From Trichinella spiralis (taxonomy: Eukaryota): a DNA stretch of 64,000 nucleotides. The notes below the pieces were generated by a model, which was given only the letters and a program-made list of their open reading frames with translations, did no database searches and was not told the DNA's origin. Positions 39,906-51,587 of this stretch are shown here, one piece after another. Position numbers and translations under genes: made by a program. The stretch lies in assembly GCF_000181795.1 (NCBI RefSeq), contig NW_003526944.1, positions 2,648,205 to 2,712,204 of the forward strand, given 5' to 3'. The first letter of the stretch is position 1, and every line of letters starts with the position of its first letter.

Positions 39906-42336
39906 ATGCTAAAATTATCGAACATTTGCAAAGTAAACAACATACTGGTGGTGGTGAATATGTTTTTAAAAGGAAAAAAAATACATCTTTCGTTCTCCAC
40001 ATTTCAGTCTATGAGTACTGTGAAGTTGTGGTTTGACGGAAAGGCAGTTGAATCCAGCACTACAGAATGGATTGATTTGACAAACCCGGTATACAATTAT
40101 TATTCTCATTATTCAACCATATAAATAAATAAATAAATGATCTTTCACCGGATATAATAAAGCGGTTTGAATTTTTGAATTGTCCATCGAATGCAATTAT
40201 TGATCACAACTAATATTAAGGCTACTAATGAAGTTATCAGTAAAGTTCCGATGACAACAAAAAGTGAAATGGAAAGAGCCGTTGAATCGTGCAAAAAAGC
40301 TTTCAAATCATGGTCGAACACATCCATCATTACCAGACAGCAGAAAATATTCAATTTGGCTCAACTGATTCGACGAGATAAAGTATATTTGCTAAGAGAA
40401 CCAAGAAGTTCTCCTTCTGTGTGTCGGAATTTAAAAATGAAATGTGAAAATAAATTGAAATGTTCTTTGTTGAAAATATAGAAAAGAATTGCAAGCAGTA
40501 TCACAACTGAACAAGGCAAAACCCTGGCCGACGCAGAAGGTGATGTTTTCAGAGGCTTGCGTAAGATATTCCGTCCACTGTTGCATACTTGTTTGTTCTG
40601 TATGGGATAGTGGTTGCTTTGTAGAAGTCGTAGAACACGCATCTTCAGTAACAAGCTTACAAATGGGAGAAACTTTGCAAAATATTGCTACAAATATGGA
40701 CACGTACAGTTACCGAGTGCCGATTGGTGTCTGTGCTGGAATTGTGCCGTTCAATTTTCCGGCGATGATACCACTTTGGGTACTTGTTGAAAAAACGTGG
40801 CTTTTGATTCTAATTCAGATAACTTTAAACACTGCAGATGTTTCCCATAGCATTGGCTACGGGAAATACGATGCTACTGAAACCGTCTGAACAAGATCCC
40901 GGCGCATGTATGATTCTAATGGAACTGGCCAAAGAAGCCGGTATTCCAGATGGCTGTTTAAACGTAATACATGGCAAACATGACGGTCAGTGAATATTGC
41001 ACTTTGCAAAGCAGCCATTCTCTCATTGCAATAACTGATCTTGTTGCAGCCGTCGATTTTCTCTGCACACATCCGGACATTCGAGCAATTTCTTTCGTCG
41101 GTTCTGATGCTGTGGTAGCTGTTTGTTTGCATTCTGCTATTTCAATTGTTTAAATTCGCGTCACACTTTGGACAGGGTCGTCATGTTTACGAGCTGGCAG
41201 CTAAATCAGGCAAACGAATTCAAGCGAACACCGGAGCAAAAAATCACGCCGTCATCCTACCTGACGCCGATCCTGAGTACACGATCAATCAAGTATACGA
41301 ATAAATGTGCCCTTTCACTGTATGATGTTTGAAAAATATACACTTTCATTCTTTTTGAGTGAAATTTCAATTTTTTGAAAATGCAATAATACAGTATACT
41401 TCACTGTAATGTGCTAATCAAGTAGAATTTCTTTAAAAAATTTTTTCCTCTCCCAAAGGTGTAAAAATTCACTTTCAGCTAGTAGCAGCCGCTTTCGGCG
41501 CCGCTGGTCAACGATGCATGGCACTTTCGGTGGCCGTGTTCGTCGGCAGTGCGCGACATTTAATACCGAACCTGGTCGAATGTGCCAAAGCGGTTCGCGT
41601 TGGTTCGGGCGACAATCCAAACGTGGACATGGGTCCAGTGATATCCGAAGATGCGAAGAGACGAATACTGGCCTGCATCAACCGTGCCGAGGAGCAAGGT
41701 GCTACTGTTCTGCTCGACGGTCGACACCTGATTGTCCAAGGTTACGAGAAGGGCAATTTCATCGGTCCGACAATTCTAGCAGACGTGAAAGTGCACCATA
41801 CACAACTTAATAACTTATTGAGTTTCTTATTCTCAAGTTTCGTTTTTTGATAGCCCACAATGGAATGTTATCAGAGTGAAATTTTTGGCCCAGTACTCTG
41901 TGTTATCACAGTGTCGAGTTTGCAAGAGGCATTGGAATTGATCAACGAAAACCGATTCGGCAATGGGACGTCAATATTCACCAGCAGTGGTTGGGCGGCC
42001 AGAAAGTTTGTCCACGAAGTGGACGTTGGTCAAGTTGGAATCAACGTTCCAATTCCAGTACCGTTGCCGATGTTCTCGTTCACCGGAAGCCGTGCCTCGT
42101 TTTATGGTGATTTGAATTTTTACGGAAAGGCGGTATGCATTTGCGTTATATGGTTTTTGTTTCAACAACCGATCGTACTATTGATTAATTGATTAATTAA
42201 TGGGCTTTTCAATTCACAGGGAATCAACTTTTTCACACAGCTGAAAACGGTTACCCAACTGTGGCGAGAAAAAAACCAAGCAACCGACAGTAATAGTCCT
42301 CCTCCTGTGGAACTGGCGTTCCCTGTTCAACGTTAG
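39906..42336 (+). CDS. ALDH6A1: Methylmalonate-semialdehyde dehydrogenase (acylating), ALDH6A1/alh-8 ortholog, about 513 aa
   Basis: Exons 39906-39932, 40008-40088, 40221-40382, 40482-40560, 40625-40779, 40838-40985, 41050-41114, 41176-41292, 41479-41790, 41854-42132, 42220-42336; phases consistent. Motifs [70 protein letters not shown] (catalytic Cys), [29 protein letters not shown]. Confidence 0.97.
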
Positions 42337-45300
42337 TCATTTCAAGCTGAACAAACAATATCCGATTTGAACTGCAATCGAGAAGTGCAATTAAATTCAT
42401 CGAAGACATTCACTACAAATGCAATAAACCCTATAAATAGATCAAATGCATCAATCACTTGATCGGAAAGGCAGATTCCTAGCTGCAGCAGCAGAATAAT
42501 GTGTCATAATGAATGCTTTTATGTGCCTGTTGCTGCTGTTGGTTGTGATGGTGGTGGTGGTGGTTAAACTGTTGCAGTTGTAAATTGCCGTTCTTGGACC
42601 CGCACCAGAAAACTGAACAAAATTGACAAATGCTACACCCTGGGATGTTTATGTAAATTGTAACAAATAAAAATCTTCAAACGATGAGCACTGAACGAAT
42701 TGTGATTGATTTTTCGAAAAAGAAAAATTGAAAATACATTTTACAAACATATCTGTACTCATATACAATGATGTATGTATTGTATATAGGATAAGATTAA
42801 ATATTTGGACAGTTTATGTTTTCAAAAAAAAGAACAAATTACGCAATTCAAATAATGCTAACTCGTTCACTTTTGTCATTTTCAATCCATAATCAAAGAT
42901 AAATGAAAGAAAAATTCGTCCCCAGACACAGATCTCTCACAACTGCAATTTTGATTGTGGATTAAAAAGAAACTTTTTTCTTCTTTCTTTCCATTCTGTT
43001 ATAATCGAAAGTTTCGTATTCAAAATCGAAACATTCATTTCACGAATTTCACATTCAAGCACGCAAGCAAAGAACGAAATAAATTCATAATTTCATAATT
43101 GCATTTCACAATATTATTGTAAAATTTGAACAGCTTATAAATGAATAAAAATTAATTCAATATACGCATTTTCACAATTAATTAATGTCTCAAAAGATGT
43201 GACACAATATTGAATAAAAAACAGTTTCACAGTCGATTTCTCATAAATGAATAATAAATATATAATATTCCATTAATAAAGACTTATTTTTAAATTACAT
43301 TTAAAAAATTGTGAAAAATAATAATGGTAAAAAACGTAAATGTATAAGCTTCTCAGTAAAGAGGAAAAAAATCTTTTCTGGGCAGTTTTAAAAATCAAAA
43401 TTGTTCGAAATATATAAAGATCGGAAACGACAAATTGTGAGTGGCAAGGGAAATTGCGTCGACCAGTTTGACGCAATTGAATTTTTAGCCAAGACTAAAT
43501 TTGTCATTTTCAAATGTAACGAAAAAACAACCAAGCAAATAAATAAATAAACAAATAAATAAATTATTAAATATAATGAAGCAATATGGATGGGGGGGGG
43601 GGGAAGAAGCAGTAGGGATATGAAAAAACTAAACCAAAATACATGGAATATATCTGATTTTGGCGGATTCATATTTCTTAATATTAGTGGAATTGATTAC
43701 AAATAATTCATTATAAATTAGCTTTTAAAAAAATTATTCTGCTGCCAATATATTGAAATTGTACGTGACATTCAACTAGCCGGAAATGTAAAAACCCAGA
43801 CCACAACCTAACTGACCTTGAACCTAAGTTCTTCTATACTACACTGTATTATATACTCTACTATGTATATGTGTGTAAAGTTGCATTTTGCATTGCCATG
43901 TGTCACCTAGAAAGTCTTAACAATGTTGTTCAAGCAGACCGATGACCATCGATGTGACCTGTTTTGACATCTTTATCGAAGAAAGTTTTATTACCCTTGC
44001 AAGTTGAAGATAATAGAAGAGACAGTTGAAAGAAAAAAAAAAGTAAAAAGCAAACATATTTCCTCAAAAATATGCCAAATTGAGAATGTTTCAAGCAAAA
44101 AACATTAAAATAATGCAAATCGATCGATCGACGGCAGTTTTGTGCGAACAATATAAAAAAACCAACGGATCGGAATAAACAACAATTTGAAAAGAAATTC
44201 ACATTTCGAAACAATTGGATCAGCTGAATGATCAGAATGAAGAACAAACACATGTACAACAAAAACCCAGACACACCCACAGTGGAACAACAAAAGCATT
44301 GCCAAAATGTCATAAGCATCGTTTGATAAAGCTATATTTTTTTCCTTAATTTTTTATATAATAAAAATAAACAACAAAAAACAATAGTAATAGACGAGAC
44401 TACTGAAAATGACCGAAAAAAAAGATCGAAAATGGTCAAGAGTTGAACGAGATACAACAAGCACACAGATGGAAACAGTGTTGCAAAGTAGATATTATCC
44501 GGACCAAGATCGATGTTGCAAGCAACAACAATGTCCAAAAGCTGAGCATCAATCAACACTCAACAAACAAAAAGAAAACTGCACAGCCGCGCGATGAATA
44601 GCAGCTTTCTCCGGCAAGCGCACAACTAATGAAATTTTGCCAATTTTGTCAGCTAATCAAACTGCACAATTCCAATTCAGCATTTAAATGGTTTACAAAG
44701 ATTTTTATCAATAGTTTGCTTGCAAATGGTTGAATCGGTTCGTTGCACTCTTTCAATTACATGTCTAATGCACAACAACTTAAATCACATACAAACATCC
44801 ACATATGCATGCATGCATGTATGGATGGATGGATGGATGGATGGATGTATAGTATAGTATTCACGTTCAAAATATGAAAGAATGATAAAAATTTTTTATT
44901 CATTTCCACATCGTAAAAATTGCATTGCAAAGTTGACTTTGTATGAAGAGAAAGTGAAATGAAAATCGACTAAAGAACAATATCACAATTGCCCATAATC
45001 CCCTCCCCATCCGTCCGTAGCACCTGCTGGTAACAAATAACGAGTGCACAAAGTGGCTTTTTCCTCCGAAGCAATTGCAGAAGAAGAATAAGAAGAATTT
45101 ACTTTTCCTTCTAGCAAGCAGAAGTTTCATTTTAATAATAAATAACCGGGCCGCCTCCGGAGATGAACACTGCTATTGTTATTGTGTCATCAGAAAACAT
45201 GCTGCATGCAAACAGACGCGTGCTTGTGATTGCAATTCTTTTGCAAAAATTTCACCAATATTTTCTTCCATTCGTTTCAAAATATGACATGCTCGTGTTT

Positions 45301-48300
45301 GTTTAATTTTCAATGGAAATTTCATCCACATTATGAAAACTTTAAAAAATGAAACAAAAAAAATAAACAGAACAATTCCTCTGAAAATGGGCTTATATAA
45401 AAAAGATACACACACACACACACACACAACTGATCCTTATTACCCAACAACGTAGAATGACAGTCACGCACTGAAAACAAGCGATCAATTTTCCATTTAT
45501 GACTACCGTAAAAACAAATGCCTAGTTAATTGTCCAACTATGCCGGTCTTTAGAACTTTTATAATCGAATAATAATGTGAAGCTCAACTTTCACACATTT
45601 TCACACACCCACGCAAACTGATACTATTCTATTGTGTGAAAAAAGTGGTTTTGCTTTTTTCAAAATACGTTTCACTCAAGACAACAATAACAGAAAAAAA
45701 CAATTAAAATATGCTTCTACAATTTGACCATCCCTTTAAAGATTTAAATTATACTGAAAGTTTGTAAAGTAGATAAATTTTTTCAATCCCACTATATATA
45801 TATATAGATATATCGTCGCAATTTCAGTTTATCCATCCATCCATCCATCAATGTGAGGGGGGCTGTTGGCGGAAAAAATTGTGTTATCCAATGTTCTGAA
45901 TAGGGAAAGTTCGATTTTATCGCCAGTCGTCGGTTGAAGTTGGCTAGTGTGTATAAGCTAGCTAGCTAGCTAGCCAGCTGGCTAGCTGATTTTGCAGCGC
46001 ACAGCAGCGCCAGGCGACGGATACTACTAATAAATAGACTTGAATAGAGCAAGCAGAAAAAGAAGCAAAAGCAAGCAAGCAGACTTGGTGGTGCGGTCGT
46101 TGAAACAGGATCAATCGCGCAACAAGTGCTTCGCAGAAAAAGCCATCGTCCAGCTAAATTGCTTGCCGCTTGCTGCTTATTCACTGGTTCATTTGTCAAC
46201 TTTCAACGACCCTGGTCATCTTTTCTACCGCTTGACGATAGTCTCCCCCCCCCCACCCAAAAAAAAAGACTTATTCCAAACCACCGCATCAAATGGATGG
46301 ACAATTTTGATTATTATTGAAAAAACAGCAATCAACTTCCACTTGACAAAAATAACGAATAAATGGATCCCATCAAATAAGCTGGTGAAAACATTTTTTT
46401 GTATTTTTTTTCAGTTACCATTTTATTGATAATAGAAAAGCACAAAATTAAACTGCCCAGGTGAAAGACACGAACGTTACAAGTACAGATGCACAGAGAG
46501 ATAGGAGGATGTGATGATGATGCAACAACAACAACAACACATTAATTTAGTATTTCCAATTTATGGCTAATTTTTGAAACATTTCATTAAAAATTGTCCA
46601 ACCCGGCAGCCAGAAGAATAAAATGCTGCTCGCTGACGTTCGATGGAACATTTTATTGAAACACTTGTGAAAACACCGAAACATTTGTTTGCAAAGTTGA
46701 AATTTCATAGACAGAAAAACAATTTCTCCCTTTCCCTCACCTCGTTCTTTGCCTCTCTTCATTTCTGAATTCCCCAACCACACTTGTGAGAATAATTTCA
46801 ATTTTTAATATTAATGAACAGTATTCAGTGGAAAATTGAATACGCTCATCAATAATGTTTAATAAATAATTAATTTAATTTTGAAAAAAAAGTGACAACT
46901 GATCAGATAAAATTTCAATCTGAATCTTAACGGCAATGATGGATAATAAATAGCAGTAATAAAAGTGCAAAGTCGTCGAATGCAATGCTGTCTGTCCCTG
47001 TGCTTCGCACTAACCAGCACCCATAGAGAGTCCCATTTCATAGAAATAAGCCAACGCATGCAGTCGACATCTGCACGCCTGCATATGCATGAAAGCAAGT
47101 AAGCAAGCAAGCAAGCAGGCAGGCAGGCAGGCAGGCGACTGGTGTAAAAATGTGATTGATTTTGCAAACTGCCAAAACGTATGAGCGATATAATGTGCTT
47201 GTTGTTGTTACAAACGATCACTTTTCAATTCTTTTTTCTTTCAACAATTTAACAATTTGCCATTTGAAAATTTGCAAAATAAGTTTGTTGCATAAGAACG
47301 AACGGATGAATGAATTAATTGACTGATTGAACTTCATTTTCTTTTGTTGTTGTTCATTCAGTAGAAAAGCTCACAAATAAGCATAGGCGTTCCATAGAAA
47401 GGAAACAACTTGTATAAAATATTTAAAATTTAAAAGTAAAAAGAGAGAAGGGTATTTGTGTTGTTGTTGTTGTTGTACAATGGAAAAATGTACTGCAGCA
47501 ATTGACTGTGAAGAGAAGAAAAATGAATAAGCAAACATCATCAAAAGTAAACAATAATAATAATAATACAACAGCTTTACAACGCCCATGTCACATGTCA
47601 GATGTAGTTGCTTCCAAAAAGATAGAATCGAAAAACATGAGATAAACAATTAAAAAGTGTTTTTCCACAGACAACAAACAGCACAGCTGATGCAATTATA
47701 TTTGCAAATTTGATCAGATGCTCAAGTGGAAGTAAAAGGAAGCAACGAGAAAAAAAATATGAGAAATGAAAAATTTTTTGAAAAAAAAATTATGAAAAAC
47801 AATACTACCCAAATAGCTTTTCCAAAAACACAACTGATGAGAAAGTATTTCTAAAATGTGTGCAAATGTCAAATTAAACGAATGTGTTGAAACTAGCGCA
47901 ACTGACGAAACGGAAAGGCAAAAATAGATGGATGGATAGCACACATAGTATAGAATGCAGAAAATGGCTAAATGAGAAATTGCTCTCTTCCATCTATAAA
48001 CAGAAATAAAAATTCTTCCAAAAATTCCCATTGAAAATAATAATAAGATGTGCAACAACGACAAAAAAAATACACACACACGTATATATACATATATATT
48101 CTCAACGCAAATGCACATTCCACAACATAGCAACGAATAGAGGTGACCTAACCGACCAAAATCAACCCCGTACAAGGGGGAGGGGGAGGGGCGTTGTCGT
48201 CAGTCTGTACTGTGTCGTGCATGACGACGTGCATGATCATCATCACTGCTGCTATTGCTACTACTACTACAACCGGCTCTGTAGTTAAGTAGATGATGTT

Positions 48301-48694
48301 GTGACAACCTGTCGTCGTCATACTGGCGTCATCATCCAGAATCCAACAAAAACAGGATCGAAACTGACTCATGCCGAAGGTTAGTCAATTGATTATTATT
48401 AGCCAGACGAAACAGTAACAGTGACAAAGTGTTGAAAAGAAAAAGCCGAACTAGAGCAAACGAGTAAAGGTGAAATTAAAAAAGAAAACAAAATATAAAC
48501 TGCAAACTCCTCCAGCACCATTACTATTTCAACCCGTGTGAAGATTGTAGAAATAATTCGCTACTGTAAATGAGCGTTGTTTATATAAATAATTCATCTA
48601 ACAATTATATACAACTGATAATTAATAAAATTGCTGCTAATGATAACCATAGTACGTCTCTCTACTGCTGCCACTAGTTGTTGATTCTGTTAGC

Positions 48695-48732
<38 letters not shown>

Positions 48733-48870
48733 GAGTTAGTATGTATAAGAACACGTAAGTATAAATAATAATAATGATGATGATGATATATGTGTATGTG
48801 TATGTGTATGTGTATGTATATATATATATTATATAGTTTGCTAGTATATATATATATATATATATATAGT
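48695..48870. repeat. Compound microsatellite block (AGT)n, (ATA/ATG)n, (GTATGT)n, (TA)n upstream of the FHL gene
   Basis: Read directly: agtagtagt... at 48695-48732, then tgtatgtgtatg and tatatata runs. Confidence 0.9.
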
Positions 48871-48909
48871 GGCAATTGATTGGAGAGCAATTTTTATTGG
48901 GCTTCTTCT

Positions 48910-49090
48910 CAGGCGGTTTGTGATGCTGATGTCGCATTGAAAGGCGGTCGCGCGTTTCGGCAAGCCCGCGCAATAGCCGTCACGTGGCGCTGCCTCCTGC
49001 GTATCATTTGTTTACGGCTACGTTCTCGGCGGCCAAGTTAGCGGCGGCTAACTATCGACTTGAGCAGGGATTGCCGCGGCTGCAACGTAC
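48910..49090 (+). promoter_or_regulatory. CpG/GC-rich patch, candidate promoter or 5' UTR of the FHL gene
   Basis: Abrupt GC- and CpG-rich segment between AT-rich microsatellites, about 400-580 nt upstream of ATG 49492. Contains E-box CACGTG at 48981-48986. An acceptor-like tttacgcacag ends at 49425. Confidence 0.35.
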
Positions 49091-49491
49091 TACTCTGCTC
49101 TGTGTTTCTCACTCACTACTTACTCATTTACTCTCTTTCTCTCCCTCTCGTTCTCTCTTCTTTGTATTCGTGAATATGTTTTATTTGAATTATTATTTTA
49201 TCTCATAATTTCTATTCTCTCTCTCTCTCTCTCACTATGCATACATACATATATATGTATGTATGTATGTATGTATGGAGTTTAATAATTTTCGAAAATG
49301 AAGTAGAAGAGGAGAGAAAATTATTTTCCAATAGAACTTAGTTGTTGTAAAATTAAAATAACAAATAAATTTGATTTTCCACAAATTATAATAAAGTGTA
49401 ATTTTGTATTTCCGTTTACGCACAGGGTACGTTGGAAAGAAGGAAAAGAGAAAAAAATGAACGAGAAAATGATTGTGGAAAATATTTGAAT

Positions 49492-50376
49492 ATGGCAACG
49501 ATGAACAAGCAACAAGCTGCAGCCGGCGAGTTCAAGTGCTGGAATTGTGAACAGTCGCTTACTGGGCAGAGGTATATCCTGCGCGACGAGCACCCCCACT
49601 GTGTGAAATGCTACGAATCGCTGTTTGCCAATACGTGCGACGAATGCGGCAAGCCGATCGGCATCGACAGCAAAGACCTCACCTACAAGGAGAAACACTG
49701 GCACGAAAATTGCTTCTTGTGCAGCATGTGCAAAATTTCCCTGGTCGACAAGCCGTTCGGCTGCAAAAACGACCGTATCTTCTGCGCCAACTGTTACGAC
49801 CAAGCTTTCGCGACCCGCTGCGACGCCTGCGGCGAGATATTCCGCGCCGGCATGAAAAAGATGGAATACAAGGGCAAGGAGTGGCACGACAAGTGTTTCT
49901 GTTGCGCGATTTGCAAAACGCCCATCGGCACGCGCAGCTTCATACCCAAAAATGACGAGGTCTACTGCGCCGGATGTTTCGAGGAAAAGTTCGCCACACG
50001 GTGTACCAAGTGCAAGCAGGTGATCACAAGCGGCGGCGTCACGTACAAAAACGAGCCCTGGCACAGGGAATGTTTCGGCTGTGCCAACTGCGGCTGCAGT
50101 CTAGCCGGTCACCGGTTCACATCCAAGGACGACAAGCCCTACTGTGCCGACTGTTTCGGCGAGCTGTTCGCCAAACGGTGCATCGAATGCACCAAACCGA
50201 TCACCGCCATCGGCGGCACCAAGTTCATCTCGTTCGAAGATCGCCACTGGCACAACGACTGCTTCAAATGTGCCCAGTGCGAGATGTCGCTCGTCGGCCA
50301 GGGCTTCATCACCGACGGACCAGATATTCTCTGCCCCGAGTGCGCCAAAGCCAAACTCATGGCCCAACACGCATAG
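49492..50376 (+). CDS. Four-and-a-half LIM domain protein (FHL2/Limpet/LIM-9 family), coding sequence intronless, 294 aa
   Basis: One uninterrupted ORF: a half LIM (CWNC...CVKC) then four full LIMs (CDEC...HWHENC..CSMC...CANC; CDAC...EWHDKC; CTKC...PWHREC; CIEC...HWHNDC...CPEC). Family-typical strings SLTGQRYILRDEHPHCVKCYE, KPIGIDSKDL and GGTKFISFEDRHWH. Confidence 0.95.
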   Translation: MATMNKQQAAAGEFKCWNCEQSLTGQRYILRDEHPHCVKCYESLFANTCDECGKPIGIDSKDLTYKEKHWHENCFLCSMCKISLVDKPFGCKNDRIFCANCYDQAFATRCDACGEIFRAGMKKMEYKGKEWHDKCFCCAICKTPIGTRSFIPKNDEVYCAGCFEEKFATRCTKCKQVITSGGVTYKNEPWHRECFGCANCGCSLAGHRFTSKDDKPYCADCFGELFAKRCIECTKPITAIGGTKFISFEDRHWHNDCFKCAQCEMSLVGQGFITDGPDILCPECAKAKLMAQHA

Positions 50377-51560
50377 TTGTTTGTTGTCGAAAGAAGCTTT
50401 TATGGTTCTCTAAAATTTCCAACGTCCCCCCCCCTCAACCCCGAAACACACACACACATACCAACCCACGAACACGGCCCCGCCCCTTCTTTCTTCTAAT
50501 TTGTCCTGTTGCTAGTCTCTCGCTGCCTAGAGCAGAAGCTGATGGAGCTGCTATTATTACAATATATTTTATTTTCAATGCGATTATTTTTATTCTCTCG
50601 TTAGCGTTTCGGCCGAAAAAGGCGAAGCGAAAAGAACGTTAATTTTCATGCAAGCTTTGTATGGTCCGTCAACTTGCAGGACAAAAATCACCAAACCGCT
50701 TGGATTTTTTCCTTGTCACCACACCCTCATGACCGTGGTCGTCGTCATGATCATGATCGTCCTCACCACCGCCGTCTCCTCCTCCTCCTCCTCCTCCTCC
50801 TCATCATCATCATCTTCTCATCACCGCTACAACTTTTGTCGGTTAGACGAATTTTACGTTTAGTGTGCGTAAGCTTCGTTTGCTCTCTTTTGTTTTTTTT
50901 CTTTTTTGAAAGTTTTTATTTGCTCTTTGAAATTGAAATTTACAAAAAATTACCATTATTTTTTGTTATTTTTATTATTGTTCCTGCTGCTGCCGCTGCT
51001 GCTTTTGTTAATTATTTCAATCATTTATTATTATTATTATTATTATTATATTACGTTTTCTGAACGATCATTTGACAATTCATCAACGCCATGCTGACAG
51101 TACGGCCACTTTTAGAAACCAGTTTTATATAATTTCAGTTATTATTATTATTTATAAGAGCAAATATGAAAGAAGAAACAATATCGTCCAAGCTTCATCA
51201 GCATCACCATTATGTTTTCACGTCATGTCGAGTTTGTTTATATAAAAGCACAAAGCTGTTCAAGTTATGCAGAAAGAAGATATATAATGCTAGTGCCAAT
51301 AGTGCGCAACAGTTAATTATTTGCAAAAATAAAAAAGATGAAGAAGAAGAAGAAGAAGCAGAAGCAGAAGCTAACATGCAAAGTAACAATGGAAGAGGAA
51401 GAAAAGTAGTATAATAAAATAAAAGTAGAGACGTCTTTTGCATGGCAAGAAGAACGGCAGCAGCGTGTTTGGCTCGTCGTCGGTCCGGTCAGCACCCGCC
51501 GCAAACGTCAATCAAAAGTAGAGCAAACGTTGTTAGCTAACAGCACGATGCTTTAGACAA

Positions 51561-51587
51561 CACACACACACACACACACACACACAC
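51561..51587. repeat. (CA)n microsatellite
   Basis: cacacaca run read directly from the sequence. Confidence 0.9.

Noticed and set aside
46095..46212. 11-bp inverted repeat ggtcgttgaaa / tttcaacgacc as a MITE or miRNA
   Set aside because: The interior does not pair, no target-site duplication is evident, and there is no second copy in the window.
48176..48191. G-rich tract as a G-quadruplex
   Set aside because: Only three G-runs (G5AG5AG4), so not a canonical four-tract motif.
42400..49400. Possible additional gene between ALDH6A1 and FHL
   Set aside because: No phase-consistent exons or recognisable protein motifs found on either strand.
49321..50642. Long overlapping and antisense ORFs (247 aa minus, 222 aa plus) across the FHL gene
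   Set aside because: Shadow frames expected from high GC3 codon usage; no independent domain signal.
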